DNA from: Hyperthermus butylicus DSM 5456
Lineage (GTDB): Archaea > Thermoproteota > Thermoprotei_A > Sulfolobales > Pyrodictiaceae
Assembly (NCBI RefSeq): GCF_000015145.1
Contig: NC_008818.1
Location: 780,001-812,000 of the forward strand
Length of the DNA: 32,000 nucleotides
Direction of reading: 5' to 3'
The translations under genes were made by a program, and so were the position numbers. Below, in pieces: positions 9,725 through 18,323 of the stretch. Under the pieces are notes generated by a model. The model ran no database searches and had not been told where the DNA came from. It saw only the letters and a program-made list of their open reading frames with translations. The number at the start of each line of letters is the position of its first letter. The first letter of the stretch is position 1.

Positions 9725-10678
9725 CTAGCTGCTAGCCACCCGGCCCTCAAGCTGGTAGTGCTGTATCCCCGTCTTACGCAGAGCAAGCCTATAGCTTGTA
9801 TCAAGGTCTTCTACGAGGAGCATTCCGGCCCAGTAGTCTAACACTCTGAGCCGGTGCCCTTGAAGCTCTCCGATATCATCCACTACACGGATCCTCGTTA
9901 TCCATTCGAGGCTACGGGGGAGCACTGTGTACGCATTGAAACTACCCTCTAGGCCAAGTGCTGAGAGGGACTGGGCTAGCCTAGCTGCTGCACGGTCGTA
10001 ACGGCCATTGAGTCTCTCGAGTAGCGCCACTGCCGCCGACAGTCTATGCCCAAGCCTTGCCGCCGCCCCCTCCGTCGCTAGGCGGTGCCTGCCAAGCCTC
10101 TTCTCGGCCTCACGGGCGTCGAGTAGTTCTGCTTCGTAGACCACTGCTGCAGCTACATGGGGCTGCTCTGCTATGCGCCAGAGGAGGCGCCAGGACTGGG
10201 TAAGCCCTACCTTGACGCGGGGGCCGCCGTAGTCTAGCACGTAGACCCGGAACATCTCGCCCCTCAACAACCTGGCAGCTGTAATGCAGGCTGAATCGAC
10301 GCCCTGCGCACACTGCTCATAGAGAGCTTGCCAGCTCTCACGGTGGAGGCTGCAGAAACCACTCCGCGTCACAGCTAGCCGCATACAGTACCTCTGCCGC
10401 AGCGGATCGCCACGAGGCCCATCATGGAACCTGCATAGCCGCCCGCCAACGGAGTCCACTTTGAGCAGGGGCTCCCAGACAACCTCCACATCCGGCGACT
10501 GTTGATACTGGACAAGGAGCCCCACACGCTTCACGCGGAGCACGTGAAGCTTAACAGAAGCCTCCAAGCCACCACTGCCAAAGAAGGCGTCGAGGCCTCC
10601 GCCACGGCTGCTCGCCGTGTACACACCCTCCTCTACATAGTCGAAGATTACCGCCCTAACCACGTACAAGCCGCCCAA
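9725..10678 (-). CDS. DUF2797-family protein
   Basis: 317 aa; C...CMRLAVTRSGFCSLHRESW and VYVLDYGGPRVKVGLTQSWRLLWRIAEQP resemble DUF2797. Confidence 0.6.
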   Translation of the reverse strand: MGGLYVVRAVIFDYVEEGVYTASSRGGGLDAFFGSGGLEASVKLHVLRVKRVGLLVQYQQSPDVEVVWEPLLKVDSVGGRLCRFHDGPRGDPLRQRYCMRLAVTRSGFCSLHRESWQALYEQCAQGVDSACITAARLLRGEMFRVYVLDYGGPRVKVGLTQSWRLLWRIAEQPHVAAAVVYEAELLDAREAEKRLGRHRLATEGAAARLGHRLSAAVALLERLNGRYDRAAARLAQSLSALGLEGSFNAYTVLPRSLEWITRIRVVDDIGELQGHRLRVLDYWAGMLLVEDLDTSYRLALRKTGIQHYQLEGRVASS

Positions 10679-10751
10679 GCCCCAGAACCATGCTCAGACA
10701 ATCTCATACTCATTAAGCCTAGAGGCTCGCCGCCTAGGATGGCATCCTTCC

Positions 10752-10780
10752 GGGGGCTTGCAGGGCTGGCTCAAGCCCCC
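10752..10780. repeat. Perfect 9-bp inverted repeat directly upstream of the cdvA TATA-like element
   Basis: GGGGGCTTG-cagggctggct-CAAGCCCCC. Confidence 0.75.
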
Positions 10781-10782
10781 CG

Positions 10783-10791
10783 GCTTAAAAA
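10783..10791 (+). promoter_or_regulatory. Putative TATA box of cdvA
   Basis: ccggCTTAAAAAc, about 45 nt upstream of the ATG at 10835. Confidence 0.4.
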
Positions 10792-10834
10792 CCCAACAAT
10801 AGGCTGTAAGGGAGGCTAATGGTGGCCTACCGGT

Positions 10835-11572
10835 ATGGCGCGTGCACCCCTAACCGTGGATGTTGTACAGCAGATGATAGGCGAAACGGTCTACGACCCC
10901 TACGGCCGCGTTATCGGTAAGCTTGTAAGCCTCGAGAGCGACATAGACGGTACGGTGCAGCAGATAGTTGTTGAGACAGAGAATAAAGACATAAAGTTCA
11001 TACCGTCAGAGGCTGTTGAGGTTAGCGAGGGCAGGATAATCGTCTGGCCAGAGTGGAAGGTTCTAGCCTACAAGGTCCTAGCCAGCTACCAGAGAGCACT
11101 CAAGAGGCTAAAGGGCCTCGAGGAGATGTATAGCCGCAACGAGATACCAGCCGCTGTCTACCAGGAGCTCCGCCGCAAGCTAAACCAAAGCCTAGCCAGG
11201 GTACGCGACGAAGCTAAGAAGCTAAAATCACTCATCAAGAGCCGGATAGACGAGATAGACGACAACAACTTGAAGCTCGACAGAGCAATAGCAAACCTCA
11301 AGGTATCCTACATGGCTGGCGAGATAAGCGAGAAAGCCTACAAGACCGCCATAGAGTATCTACGCAGCGCAAAAGACAGCAACACCAGGGAGCTAGAAGA
11401 CCTCAAGAAGACCGGCGCCAAGCTAGAATCACTAGAAACAGGTACGATCGAGATATCTAAAACTGCAAAGAAGAAGGAGTCGAAACCAGCTAGTAGAGAA
11501 GAAAAGCACGAAGCCAAGCCACCAGCTATAGAGGGTATACAACCAATACCCGTAAAGGTCATCGAAGGCTAG
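10835..11572 (+). CDS. cdvA: Cell division protein CdvA (PRC-barrel N-terminus plus coiled coil)
   Basis: 245 aa; GETVYDPYGRVIGKLVSLESDIDGTVQQIVVE PRC-barrel-like segment, a long charged coiled coil, located upstream of cdvB. Confidence 0.9.
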   Translation: MARAPLTVDVVQQMIGETVYDPYGRVIGKLVSLESDIDGTVQQIVVETENKDIKFIPSEAVEVSEGRIIVWPEWKVLAYKVLASYQRALKRLKGLEEMYSRNEIPAAVYQELRRKLNQSLARVRDEAKKLKSLIKSRIDEIDDNNLKLDRAIANLKVSYMAGEISEKAYKTAIEYLRSAKDSNTRELEDLKKTGAKLESLETGTIEISKTAKKKESKPASREEKHEAKPPAIEGIQPIPVKVIEG

Positions 11573-11729
11573 ATAGGCAGACACCCCCAGGTCTAGTCCA
11601 TCATCCACGTTTTTACACTGTTCCCATCACCGCAATTCCCTCCTCCCCCTACCACCCCCGCCCCTTCAAATCCACGTATCTTCGGTGGCCAGTCTAGCAG
11701 CTGCTGAGCCCCAGTATTTACAGTGGAGA

Positions 11730-11775
11730 CGCTCCCGCCGCGGTACAGGGTATTTACCGGGTAATAGCGGGGGCG
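11730..11775. other. Predicted two-tier stem-loop in the cdvA-cdvB intergenic region
   Basis: Outer stem CGCTCCCGC (11730-11738) with GCGGGGGCG (11767-11775), 9 bp including one G-U; inner stem CGGTA (11741-11745) with TACCG (11755-11759). Confidence 0.45.
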
Positions 11776-11848
11776 AGGGGCTAGCACTACGACCCATGCA
11801 TACATTCTTGCATCGGGAGACCACCACAAACCCGGTAGCAAGGGTGAT

Positions 11849-12715
11849 GTGAAAGTGTCTGCGATTATTTCACGCTTACTAGGCTTCCTCGGTGTTGGTG
11901 AGCACAAGCAGCCAAGCCTCAAGGAGAGGATAGACCATGCGATAGTAAAGCTTGAGCTGCTAGAGGACCGCGTAGCAGAGCTTCGCTACAGGTTTGAGAA
12001 GAGGAGCCGCGAACTCTTCGAGAAGGTTGTAGTACTGCTTAGGCGCGGGGAGAAGAGCCGCGCAGCAATCTACGCTGGCGAGGTTAGCCAGGTACGCAAC
12101 ATACTCAAAATGGTAGTCACAGTAGAAAACCTCATCATCATGACCAAGGAGAGGCTGAAGACTGTGAGAGACGTGAGAGAGCTAGGCCAGACCCTCATGG
12201 TGTTCGGTGCAGCACTGGAAGAGGTTAAGGACCAGATAACAAGCATCTACCCCAACCTCAACCTAGCATTTGAGGAGATAACCAGAACCGTTAAGAACAT
12301 GATAGTCGAGACAAGCATGGACATAGTGGGCGAGGTTGACCCGGCAATAATATCCCACGACGCGCTAAAGGTACTAGATGAAGCAATGAGGATGGCCGAG
12401 GAGAGGATAAAGAGCGAGTTCCCAGAGCCCCCCGTGGAGCCCATCATACACCTCGAGACGAGAAAGCAACCAAAGAAGACACCAGTGCCAGTAGCCGTGC
12501 CAGCAGCACCCAGCTCCACGAGATCTGTGATGCCACAAGTTGCTATAGCCAGGCGCGAGCAGCAAAATCTTGAGGAGCTAGTACTAAACTATATCAGAGA
12601 ACACAACGGCTACCTAGACCTCAAAGACTTTACAACACGCTACGGCGTAGCAAGGGATGAAGTGCTACGTGCACTATACAAGCTCGCAGAGAAAGGCCTC
12701 ATAAAACTCTCCTAA
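11849..12715 (+). CDS. cdvB: Cell division protein CdvB (ESCRT-III homologue) with C-terminal winged-helix domain
   Basis: 288 aa; charged helical ESCRT-III-type N-domain, proline-rich linker RKQPKKTPVPVAVPAAPS (MIM2-like), C-terminal LEELVLNYIREHNGYLDLKDFTTRYGVARDEVLRALYKLAEKGLIKL. Confidence 0.92.
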   Translation: MKVSAIISRLLGFLGVGEHKQPSLKERIDHAIVKLELLEDRVAELRYRFEKRSRELFEKVVVLLRRGEKSRAAIYAGEVSQVRNILKMVVTVENLIIMTKERLKTVRDVRELGQTLMVFGAALEEVKDQITSIYPNLNLAFEEITRTVKNMIVETSMDIVGEVDPAIISHDALKVLDEAMRMAEERIKSEFPEPPVEPIIHLETRKQPKKTPVPVAVPAAPSSTRSVMPQVAIARREQQNLEELVLNYIREHNGYLDLKDFTTRYGVARDEVLRALYKLAEKGLIKLS

Positions 12716-12740
12716 AACCCATAGGCTATCGGGGCTCATG

Positions 12741-13577
12741 CTAGAGTTTTTCAAGCTCCTCGAGTATATCCTCCGTGAGTCTCCACCCAAGTGCCCCAAG
12801 TATTTCTCTCAAATGATCCATATTCTCTGTCTTGGGTATAGCGATAACACGCGGCCTGGATATGAGGTAGTTTAACGCTATCTGGATAGCTGTTTTACCC
12901 AGCTTCCTGGACAGCTCCAGGAGTTTGGGATGTTTTGCTACAGCACCACGCTCAAGAGGTGTATATGCTTGTATGGTAACGCCATACTTGAGCGCTATAG
13001 GGAGAAGCTCTTCTTCAACATGCCTCTTGTGCAAGATGCTATAGTGAACTTGGTTTACAACTATTTCAGCTCTCGACGTTGCGTGGATGGCTTCTAGAAG
13101 TTCTTCCGGGCCGAAGTTGCTTACACCTATGTACCTTGCATACCTCCCATAGATTATGCGCTCAAACCTCCTAACCTGAACACTTATGGGTAATTGATAG
13201 TTTGGCCAATGTATAAGAAATAGATCAACCATACCAACACCTAGCCTTCTCACACTTGCCCTTGCAGCCTTCTCTATCTCCTCCTCGCTCACAAGCCTCT
13301 CTGGCAGCATCTTAGTAGTAATGAAGACCCGGTCACGACCGACACTACTAACTACGCGGCCTACAAGTTTCTCGGCAAATCCAGCCCCATACATCTCAGC
13401 TGTATCTATGAGGTTAACCTTGCCCGATTCTATAGCAGCTAGCATAACTTGGTAAGCAGCCTCGGGCCTGCGTATAGCCCACGTGCCAAGTCCTATAGCT
13501 GAAACCCTATCCTTGCCAATAAGCTTCCAGTCACTATTATCAATGGAGTAGCGTGGCAAGACAGAATCCAGCCCCAC
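12741..13577 (-). CDS. Aldo/keto reductase family oxidoreductase
   Basis: 278 aa; IGLGTWAIRRPE, NLIDTAEMYGAGFAEKLVG, VFITTKMLPE, VDLFLIHWPN, YIGVSNFGPEEL, AIPKTENMDHLREILGAL. Confidence 0.9.
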   Translation of the reverse strand: MGLDSVLPRYSIDNSDWKLIGKDRVSAIGLGTWAIRRPEAAYQVMLAAIESGKVNLIDTAEMYGAGFAEKLVGRVVSSVGRDRVFITTKMLPERLVSEEEIEKAARASVRRLGVGMVDLFLIHWPNYQLPISVQVRRFERIIYGRYARYIGVSNFGPEELLEAIHATSRAEIVVNQVHYSILHKRHVEEELLPIALKYGVTIQAYTPLERGAVAKHPKLLELSRKLGKTAIQIALNYLISRPRVIAIPKTENMDHLREILGALGWRLTEDILEELEKL

Positions 13578-13885
13578 ATACCAGCATTATGGCTCTTTTA
13601 CCCTTAATTTTTACGGAGCTTTTGGCTTGGATATTGCCATGCTGTATTCGGATCTGTTATTTCGATCCAATAGACTTTACGTCTACCGCTATGAAGCATA
13701 ATGTTAAATTTAGCTAAATCAATATCTTTACTTTAACACGCTATCCCCATTGGAAGATCAATAACTATTTTGCTGCTACCATCAAGGCGCTACCCTGCGC
13801 ATAACCAGCAATGAACCGTCTTGCATTGAGGAATTCCTGGGCTTGAGGTTTAAGGGGTTAGAGGCTGGTATCATGACTCCCCTGG

Positions 13886-13893
13886 CTTTTAAC
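13886..13893 (+). promoter_or_regulatory. Putative TATA box of cdvC
   Basis: ggcTTTTAACacc, about 50 nt upstream of the GTG at 13938. Confidence 0.35.
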
Positions 13894-13904
13894 ACCGGGC
13901 CATG

Positions 13905-13925
13905 CTATGGTTAAGACTACCATAG
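13905..13925. repeat. 7-bp inverted repeat around the expected cdvC transcription start
   Basis: CTATGGT-taagact-ACCATAG. Confidence 0.6.
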
Positions 13926-13937
13926 TGGGGCTCATCG

Positions 13938-15050
13938 GTGTCCGCTGGACTCCATAGACTTGAAGCTATAGCTAGGAGCTATGCACTAGCTGCTGTTAAG
14001 GCTGACCGTGAGGGGAGGATACAAGAGGCCATAGCGAACTATAAGAAGGCAATAGAGGTACTAGCGAAGATAGTTAGTCTGTATCCTGACAATCCGCTGG
14101 CACATGTCTATCGTGGGATTATACAGCAGTACCAGAGGAGGGTTGAGCAGCTCGAAAAGCTTGGAGTGCCGGCTACTCCTGCTGAGGCAGAGCAGCTTGA
14201 GGATTGGATTGTCGCGGAGAAACCCAAGATTCGCTTCAGTGATATAGCTGACCTTGAGCATGCCAAGCAGGCAATCAGGGAGGCTATCATATATCCCGTT
14301 AGGAGACCAGAGCTGTTCCCGCTGGGCTGGCCGCGTGGCATACTCTTGTTTGGCCCGCCAGGCTGTGGTAAGACTATGCTCGCAGCTGCTGTCGCCAATG
14401 AAGTTGACGGCGTGTTCTTCAACGTCGACGCTGCTACCATTATGAGTAAGTGGCTTGGAGAGGCTGAGAAGAGGGTTAGGATGCTCTTCGAGAAGGCTAG
14501 GGAGGTTGCTAGGTCTGGCAGACCAGCAATAATCTTTATAGACGAAATCGACGCGCTACTCGGCGTCTATGAGAGCGAGGTTGGCGGCGAGGTTCGTGTT
14601 AGGAACCAGTTCCTCAAGGAGATGGATGGCCTCCAGGATAAGAGCAATAAGCTCCACGTATACGTTATAGGTGCTACGAATAAGCCATGGAAGCTCGACG
14701 AGCCCTTCATAAGGAGGTTCCAGAGGAGGATATACATACCGCCACCGGACAAGAAGGCGCGCCTAGAGATATTCAAGCTGTACACGCGCAATCTCAAACT
14801 TGCACCAGATGTCGACCTCGAGAAGCTTGCTGAGATGACCGAGGGCTATAGCGCGAGCGACATAAAGGATATCGTCATGGAGGCTCACCTCCGCACTATT
14901 AGGGAGCTGTTCGAGGAACGGGGTGGCGAGGGCGACCCGAGACCGATAACTATGGAGGACTTTATAGCAGCAATAAGGTCTAGGAGGCCGAGCATAACGC
15001 CAGAAATGATTAGGCGCTACGAGGAGTGGTATGAGAGGTTCAGGGGCTAG
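13938..15050 (+). CDS. cdvC: Cell division protein CdvC (Vps4-like AAA+ ATPase with MIT domain)
   Basis: 370 aa; N-terminal MIT-like helices ([28 protein letters not shown]), Walker A GPPGCGKT, Walker [37 protein letters not shown]. Confidence 0.95.
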   Translation: MSAGLHRLEAIARSYALAAVKADREGRIQEAIANYKKAIEVLAKIVSLYPDNPLAHVYRGIIQQYQRRVEQLEKLGVPATPAEAEQLEDWIVAEKPKIRFSDIADLEHAKQAIREAIIYPVRRPELFPLGWPRGILLFGPPGCGKTMLAAAVANEVDGVFFNVDAATIMSKWLGEAEKRVRMLFEKAREVARSGRPAIIFIDEIDALLGVYESEVGGEVRVRNQFLKEMDGLQDKSNKLHVYVIGATNKPWKLDEPFIRRFQRRIYIPPPDKKARLEIFKLYTRNLKLAPDVDLEKLAEMTEGYSASDIKDIVMEAHLRTIRELFEERGGEGDPRPITMEDFIAAIRSRRPSITPEMIRRYEEWYERFRG

Positions 15051-15059
15051 CGTGGAACC

Positions 15060-16016
15060 TTACCATATGACTATTTCGCGATATATTGAGCGGGGCCTCC
15101 TGGCCTCCTCCCTGCATAGCAGTATGCGGCTGTGCACTCTACCACAGTGGGGGCACCTAGCTCCGTCACCTCCTCCAGCTGGCTGGGCGTGTATCCTAAC
15201 ACCCCACGGCTTCCTCGACAATAGCGGTTTTCCACAGCTGCACAATGTGTCGGTGACTGTGTAGCTCTCATCCCGGTAGAGGTAGACAAAGCCAAGGCCC
15301 TTATTCCGGAGCTTTTCTACGATTGTGTACGCCCGGTCAGCTGCCTCCTCCGATAATGGTATGACGTGTATCGCTGCCTCTGTATACTTTGAGGCCAGGT
15401 CGCTCACGATTACTCCGGCCCGGCGACTGCCATCGTAGAGTACGTGTATCTCGACTATGCGGAATTGCTCGTAGACCCTTGGGAGAATAGAGGTTACATG
15501 GTCAGGCATTGGCGGCTTCTCCACCGCGAGGACGTACTCGAAGACTGCAACGCTGTAGCCGTTACTAGCCGCTTCCTCCAGCCGCCGCTCCGAGACAAGC
15601 CCCGTAGTCCTAAACGCATAGACCCTTGGCGCGTAGCCGCCAAGGATGCTCTTCAGCTTTGAGGGCAACTCTAGCACCCAGTCCTGGAGCAGCGGCTCGC
15701 CGCCATCAACCAGTAGTACGTGGGGCCTCGCGAGACGGAGTCTTGCAAGCTCGTTGTCTCCGAGTCTGCGCAGCACTAGTCCCTGGGGACTAGCGTACTG
15801 TGACCAGAAACAGACACCACAGCGCCACGGAGCGCCCGGCACCATGATTCTTGCTGTTAAGCCCCCGGGACATGTATGGTATAGTGGCACTTCTTCAACC
15901 GGTAGGAGAGACATGTAGACAGCATGCCAGGGATAGAGGTCGCCTTGCCTGGATGCATCCACCACGCCGCAGCTGCTCCCACCGCTGCACGATAGTGGAC
16001 AACGGTTACACGGCAA
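15060..16016 (-). CDS. Radical-SAM-like protein (AmmeMemoRadiSam/PflA-like, COG1180-like) with altered cluster motif and C-terminal zinc ribbon
   Basis: N-terminal CNRCPLSCSGGSSCGV; PGAPWRCGVCFWSQYASPQG at the usual CX3CX2C position; LLVDGGEPLLQDW (GGEP); C-terminal CSCG...CPHCG. Track ORF opens at 16133; the TTG at 16016 better fits the end of lplA. Confidence 0.6.
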   Translation of the reverse strand: MPCNRCPLSCSGGSSCGVVDASRQGDLYPWHAVYMSLLPVEEVPLYHTCPGGLTARIMVPGAPWRCGVCFWSQYASPQGLVLRRLGDNELARLRLARPHVLLVDGGEPLLQDWVLELPSKLKSILGGYAPRVYAFRTTGLVSERRLEEAASNGYSVAVFEYVLAVEKPPMPDHVTSILPRVYEQFRIVEIHVLYDGSRRAGVIVSDLASKYTEAAIHVIPLSEEAADRAYTIVEKLRNKGLGFVYLYRDESYTVTDTLCSCGKPLLSRKPWGVRIHAQPAGGGDGARCPHCGRVHSRILLCREEARRPRSIYREIVIW

Positions 16017-16035
16017 GGCCTCCGGCCGTCCCTCC

Positions 16036-16809
16036 CTACCTCCTGTAGAGCCACTCCCTGCTAGCATACCTGGGGGCCAGCTGTTCTGCCAACCTTTTCT
16101 CCTCGCCGGACAACGCGTCAATACGTATTGCATCGTAACCCAGTGCTATACGGAACCCCTCCACGAGGGCTACCGCCACCTCCCAGTAGTGGAGTTCGCG
16201 GCCAAGAAGCTGGGAGAGCGTTGCTACGCGGTCCCTTATCCTTAATGCTCCATGGCTTTCGAGCTTTGCCCTAGGGACGCGGAGGACCCTCTCCATCACG
16301 TCAAGGTTCGTGGCGTACAGCACGGTGCCATGCTGTAACACCGCTGTGGCCGTCCTAGCCTGCGCATTGCCCGAAACCTTTCTGCCACCAGCCACCACGT
16401 CGTTGATAGGCTTGTACTCTGCCTCCACACCGAGAATGCGAAGTGCCTCTACAACGCCGCGACAGAGCACACGGTAGCTCATGGCTACATCACGCAGCTC
16501 TGGACGGCCCTCAAGCCCCAGGACTATGGAGTAGGTGACCTCTCCATCGGTGTCATGGTAAACGCTTCCGCCCCCAGTAAACCTGCGAACAACGTCTATG
16601 CCTAGCTTCCTAGCCTCCTCCAGGTCTACGCTAGACTCTAGCCTCTGAAACCGTCCAATGGTTACCGCGTGGGGGCGGAAACGGTAAATGCGGAGCGTGT
16701 CGGGTATCCTTCCCATACTCCGCAGCCTAAGCAGCGCCTCGTCCACCGCCATCTGCCAGACTGCTGGAGCACCCTCTAGGTCCAATATGACCCGCAGCGT
16801 CCCCCGCAC
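16036..16809 (-). CDS. lplA: Lipoate-protein ligase A, catalytic domain only
   Basis: 257 aa; VVRRFTGGGSVYHDTDGEVTYSIVLG, NDVVAGGRKVSGNAQARTATAVLQHGTVLYATN. No C-terminal accessory domain. Confidence 0.85.
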   Translation of the reverse strand: MRGTLRVILDLEGAPAVWQMAVDEALLRLRSMGRIPDTLRIYRFRPHAVTIGRFQRLESSVDLEEARKLGIDVVRRFTGGGSVYHDTDGEVTYSIVLGLEGRPELRDVAMSYRVLCRGVVEALRILGVEAEYKPINDVVAGGRKVSGNAQARTATAVLQHGTVLYATNLDVMERVLRVPRAKLESHGALRIRDRVATLSQLLGRELHYWEVAVALVEGFRIALGYDAIRIDALSGEEKRLAEQLAPRYASREWLYRR

Positions 16810-16886
16810 AAATCATCCCCCGAGGGCATGCAATGCCAGGCCACCTATTAGGCCACAGTCTGCCGTGCACAATTTAAACACGCGTT

Positions 16887-18323
16887 GTGCCGACTACGAT
16901 AGGGTTTAGGGTCTTGCTACGTGTCGCAGTTATAGGCGGCGGAGCAGCTGGGATGGCTACTGCTAGCCGCGTCAAGCGCCTTCTACGGGACCGCGCTGAG
17001 GTAGTGGTGTTCGAGAAAACGCCATGGGTTAGCTTTGCCCTTTGCGGCACCCCCTACTACCTGAGCTGCAAGGTGAAGACGCTCAATGATCTCCTCCACT
17101 ATCCCCTTGAGGAGTTTACGGAGAAGCGCGGCATAAATGTGATGCTTAGGACGGAAGTTACCGACGTGGAGCTTGACGCTAGGAGGCTCAGGTACCGGAG
17201 GCTAGACACTGGCGAGACCGGTGTCTACGAGTTCGACTATGTCGTATTCGCCACTGGTGCTAGGCCACGAGCGCCCAAGAATTGGCTACGATTCCGCAAC
17301 GTCTTCACCCTTCACAGTCTCGCAGACGCTGATAGGCTTAGAGAGGCCGTTGTAAGGGATTCTGTACGCCGCGTCATAGTAATCGGTGCCGGCTATACAG
17401 GGATAGAAGCCGCTGACAACATCGCACTGCTAGGCCGCAGGGTCGTCATAGTGCATAGTAGCAAGAGGATTCTCAGCCGCAGCCTAGACCCGGATATAGC
17501 TGAAAAGGTTGAAGAACGTGCAAAAACTGCCGGAATAGAGTTCGTCCTTGGCAGAAGCGTAGTAGATGTAGAGGGCTCTGAGGGCTACGCTAGGAGTGTA
17601 GTCTTAGACAACGGGGAGAAGATGTATGGCGACCTCTTCGTAGTTAGCATGGGCATAGAGCCCAACGTCGAGCTTGCCCGGAGGGCGGGGGTGAGGATAG
17701 GCGGGACTGGAGCAATCTGGGTCGATACTAGGCTTAGGACGAGTAGAGAGGAGGCATACGCTGTCGGAGATGTTGCTGAGACCGTCGACATACTCACCGG
17801 GGAGAGAATATGGTGGCCCTTCGCCACTGCAGCCAATAAGATGGGGTTTGTAGCTGGGACAAACATTGCGGGAGGCGATGCATTCTTCCCCGGCGTTGTT
17901 AGGACTAGGGCCATGGGGGCCTTTGGCCTCTACATTGCCGGCACTGGTCTACTGGAGGAGGAGGCTCGTAGAATGGGCTTTGACGTGGTAACTGCAACTC
18001 TAACAGCTCATACCAGGGCCAGGTATATGGGCCACGGGCCGGAGATAGTGTTGAAGGTGCTCGCAGATGCTAACACTGGTATGCTTTTGGGAGCACAAGC
18101 ATTGTCTGAGGATCCGAGCGCCTTCTGGAGGATTGCTGTGGTTGCGACACTACTGATGAAGAAGGCTAGCGTTTGGGACCTCTTCAACGCCGATATAGGC
18201 TATTGGCCCGGGGTGAACACTGTATGGGACCCACTGGTTGTTGCAGCGAGACTGCTATTACGCAGGCTCGGCACGAGGCCTAGGGAGGTTTCCCGCCAAG
18301 ATACCGGCTCCAAAGGGGCCTAG
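16887..18323 (+). CDS. FAD/NAD(P)-dependent pyridine nucleotide-disulfide oxidoreductase (CoA-disulfide reductase / NADH oxidase-like)
   Basis: VAVIGGGAAGMATASRVKR, SFALCGTPYYLS (single Cys), VIVIGAGYTGIEAADNIALLGRRV, EEAYAVGDVAE. True start may lie a few codons downstream. Confidence 0.85.
   Translation: MPTTIGFRVLLRVAVIGGGAAGMATASRVKRLLRDRAEVVVFEKTPWVSFALCGTPYYLSCKVKTLNDLLHYPLEEFTEKRGINVMLRTEVTDVELDARRLRYRRLDTGETGVYEFDYVVFATGARPRAPKNWLRFRNVFTLHSLADADRLREAVVRDSVRRVIVIGAGYTGIEAADNIALLGRRVVIVHSSKRILSRSLDPDIAEKVEERAKTAGIEFVLGRSVVDVEGSEGYARSVVLDNGEKMYGDLFVVSMGIEPNVELARRAGVRIGGTGAIWVDTRLRTSREEAYAVGDVAETVDILTGERIWWPFATAANKMGFVAGTNIAGGDAFFPGVVRTRAMGAFGLYIAGTGLLEEEARRMGFDVVTATLTAHTRARYMGHGPEIVLKVLADANTGMLLGAQALSEDPSAFWRIAVVATLLMKKASVWDLFNADIGYWPGVNTVWDPLVVAARLLLRRLGTRPREVSRQDTGSKGA

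Noticed and set aside
11593-11922. 109-aa minus-strand ORF in the cdvA-cdvB gap
   Set aside because: Composition is unlike a conserved protein and it runs into cdvB; the region is better explained as regulatory/UTR.
12716-13937. Mobile element explanation for the AKR insertion between cdvB and cdvC
   Set aside because: No terminal inverted repeats, target-site duplication, transposase or integrase remnant seen around the gene; simple gene transfer or rearrangement remains possible.
15060-15295. Minus-strand ORF 15071..15295 and other short ORFs inside the radical-SAM-like gene
   Set aside because: They overlap the C-terminal zinc-ribbon part of the larger ORF and lack motifs.
18280-18323. 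44-bp 3' overlap between the FAD oxidoreductase and PAP2 genes as a sign of misannotation
   Set aside because: Both C-termini are open without breaks, and convergent tail overlaps occur in compact archaeal genomes.
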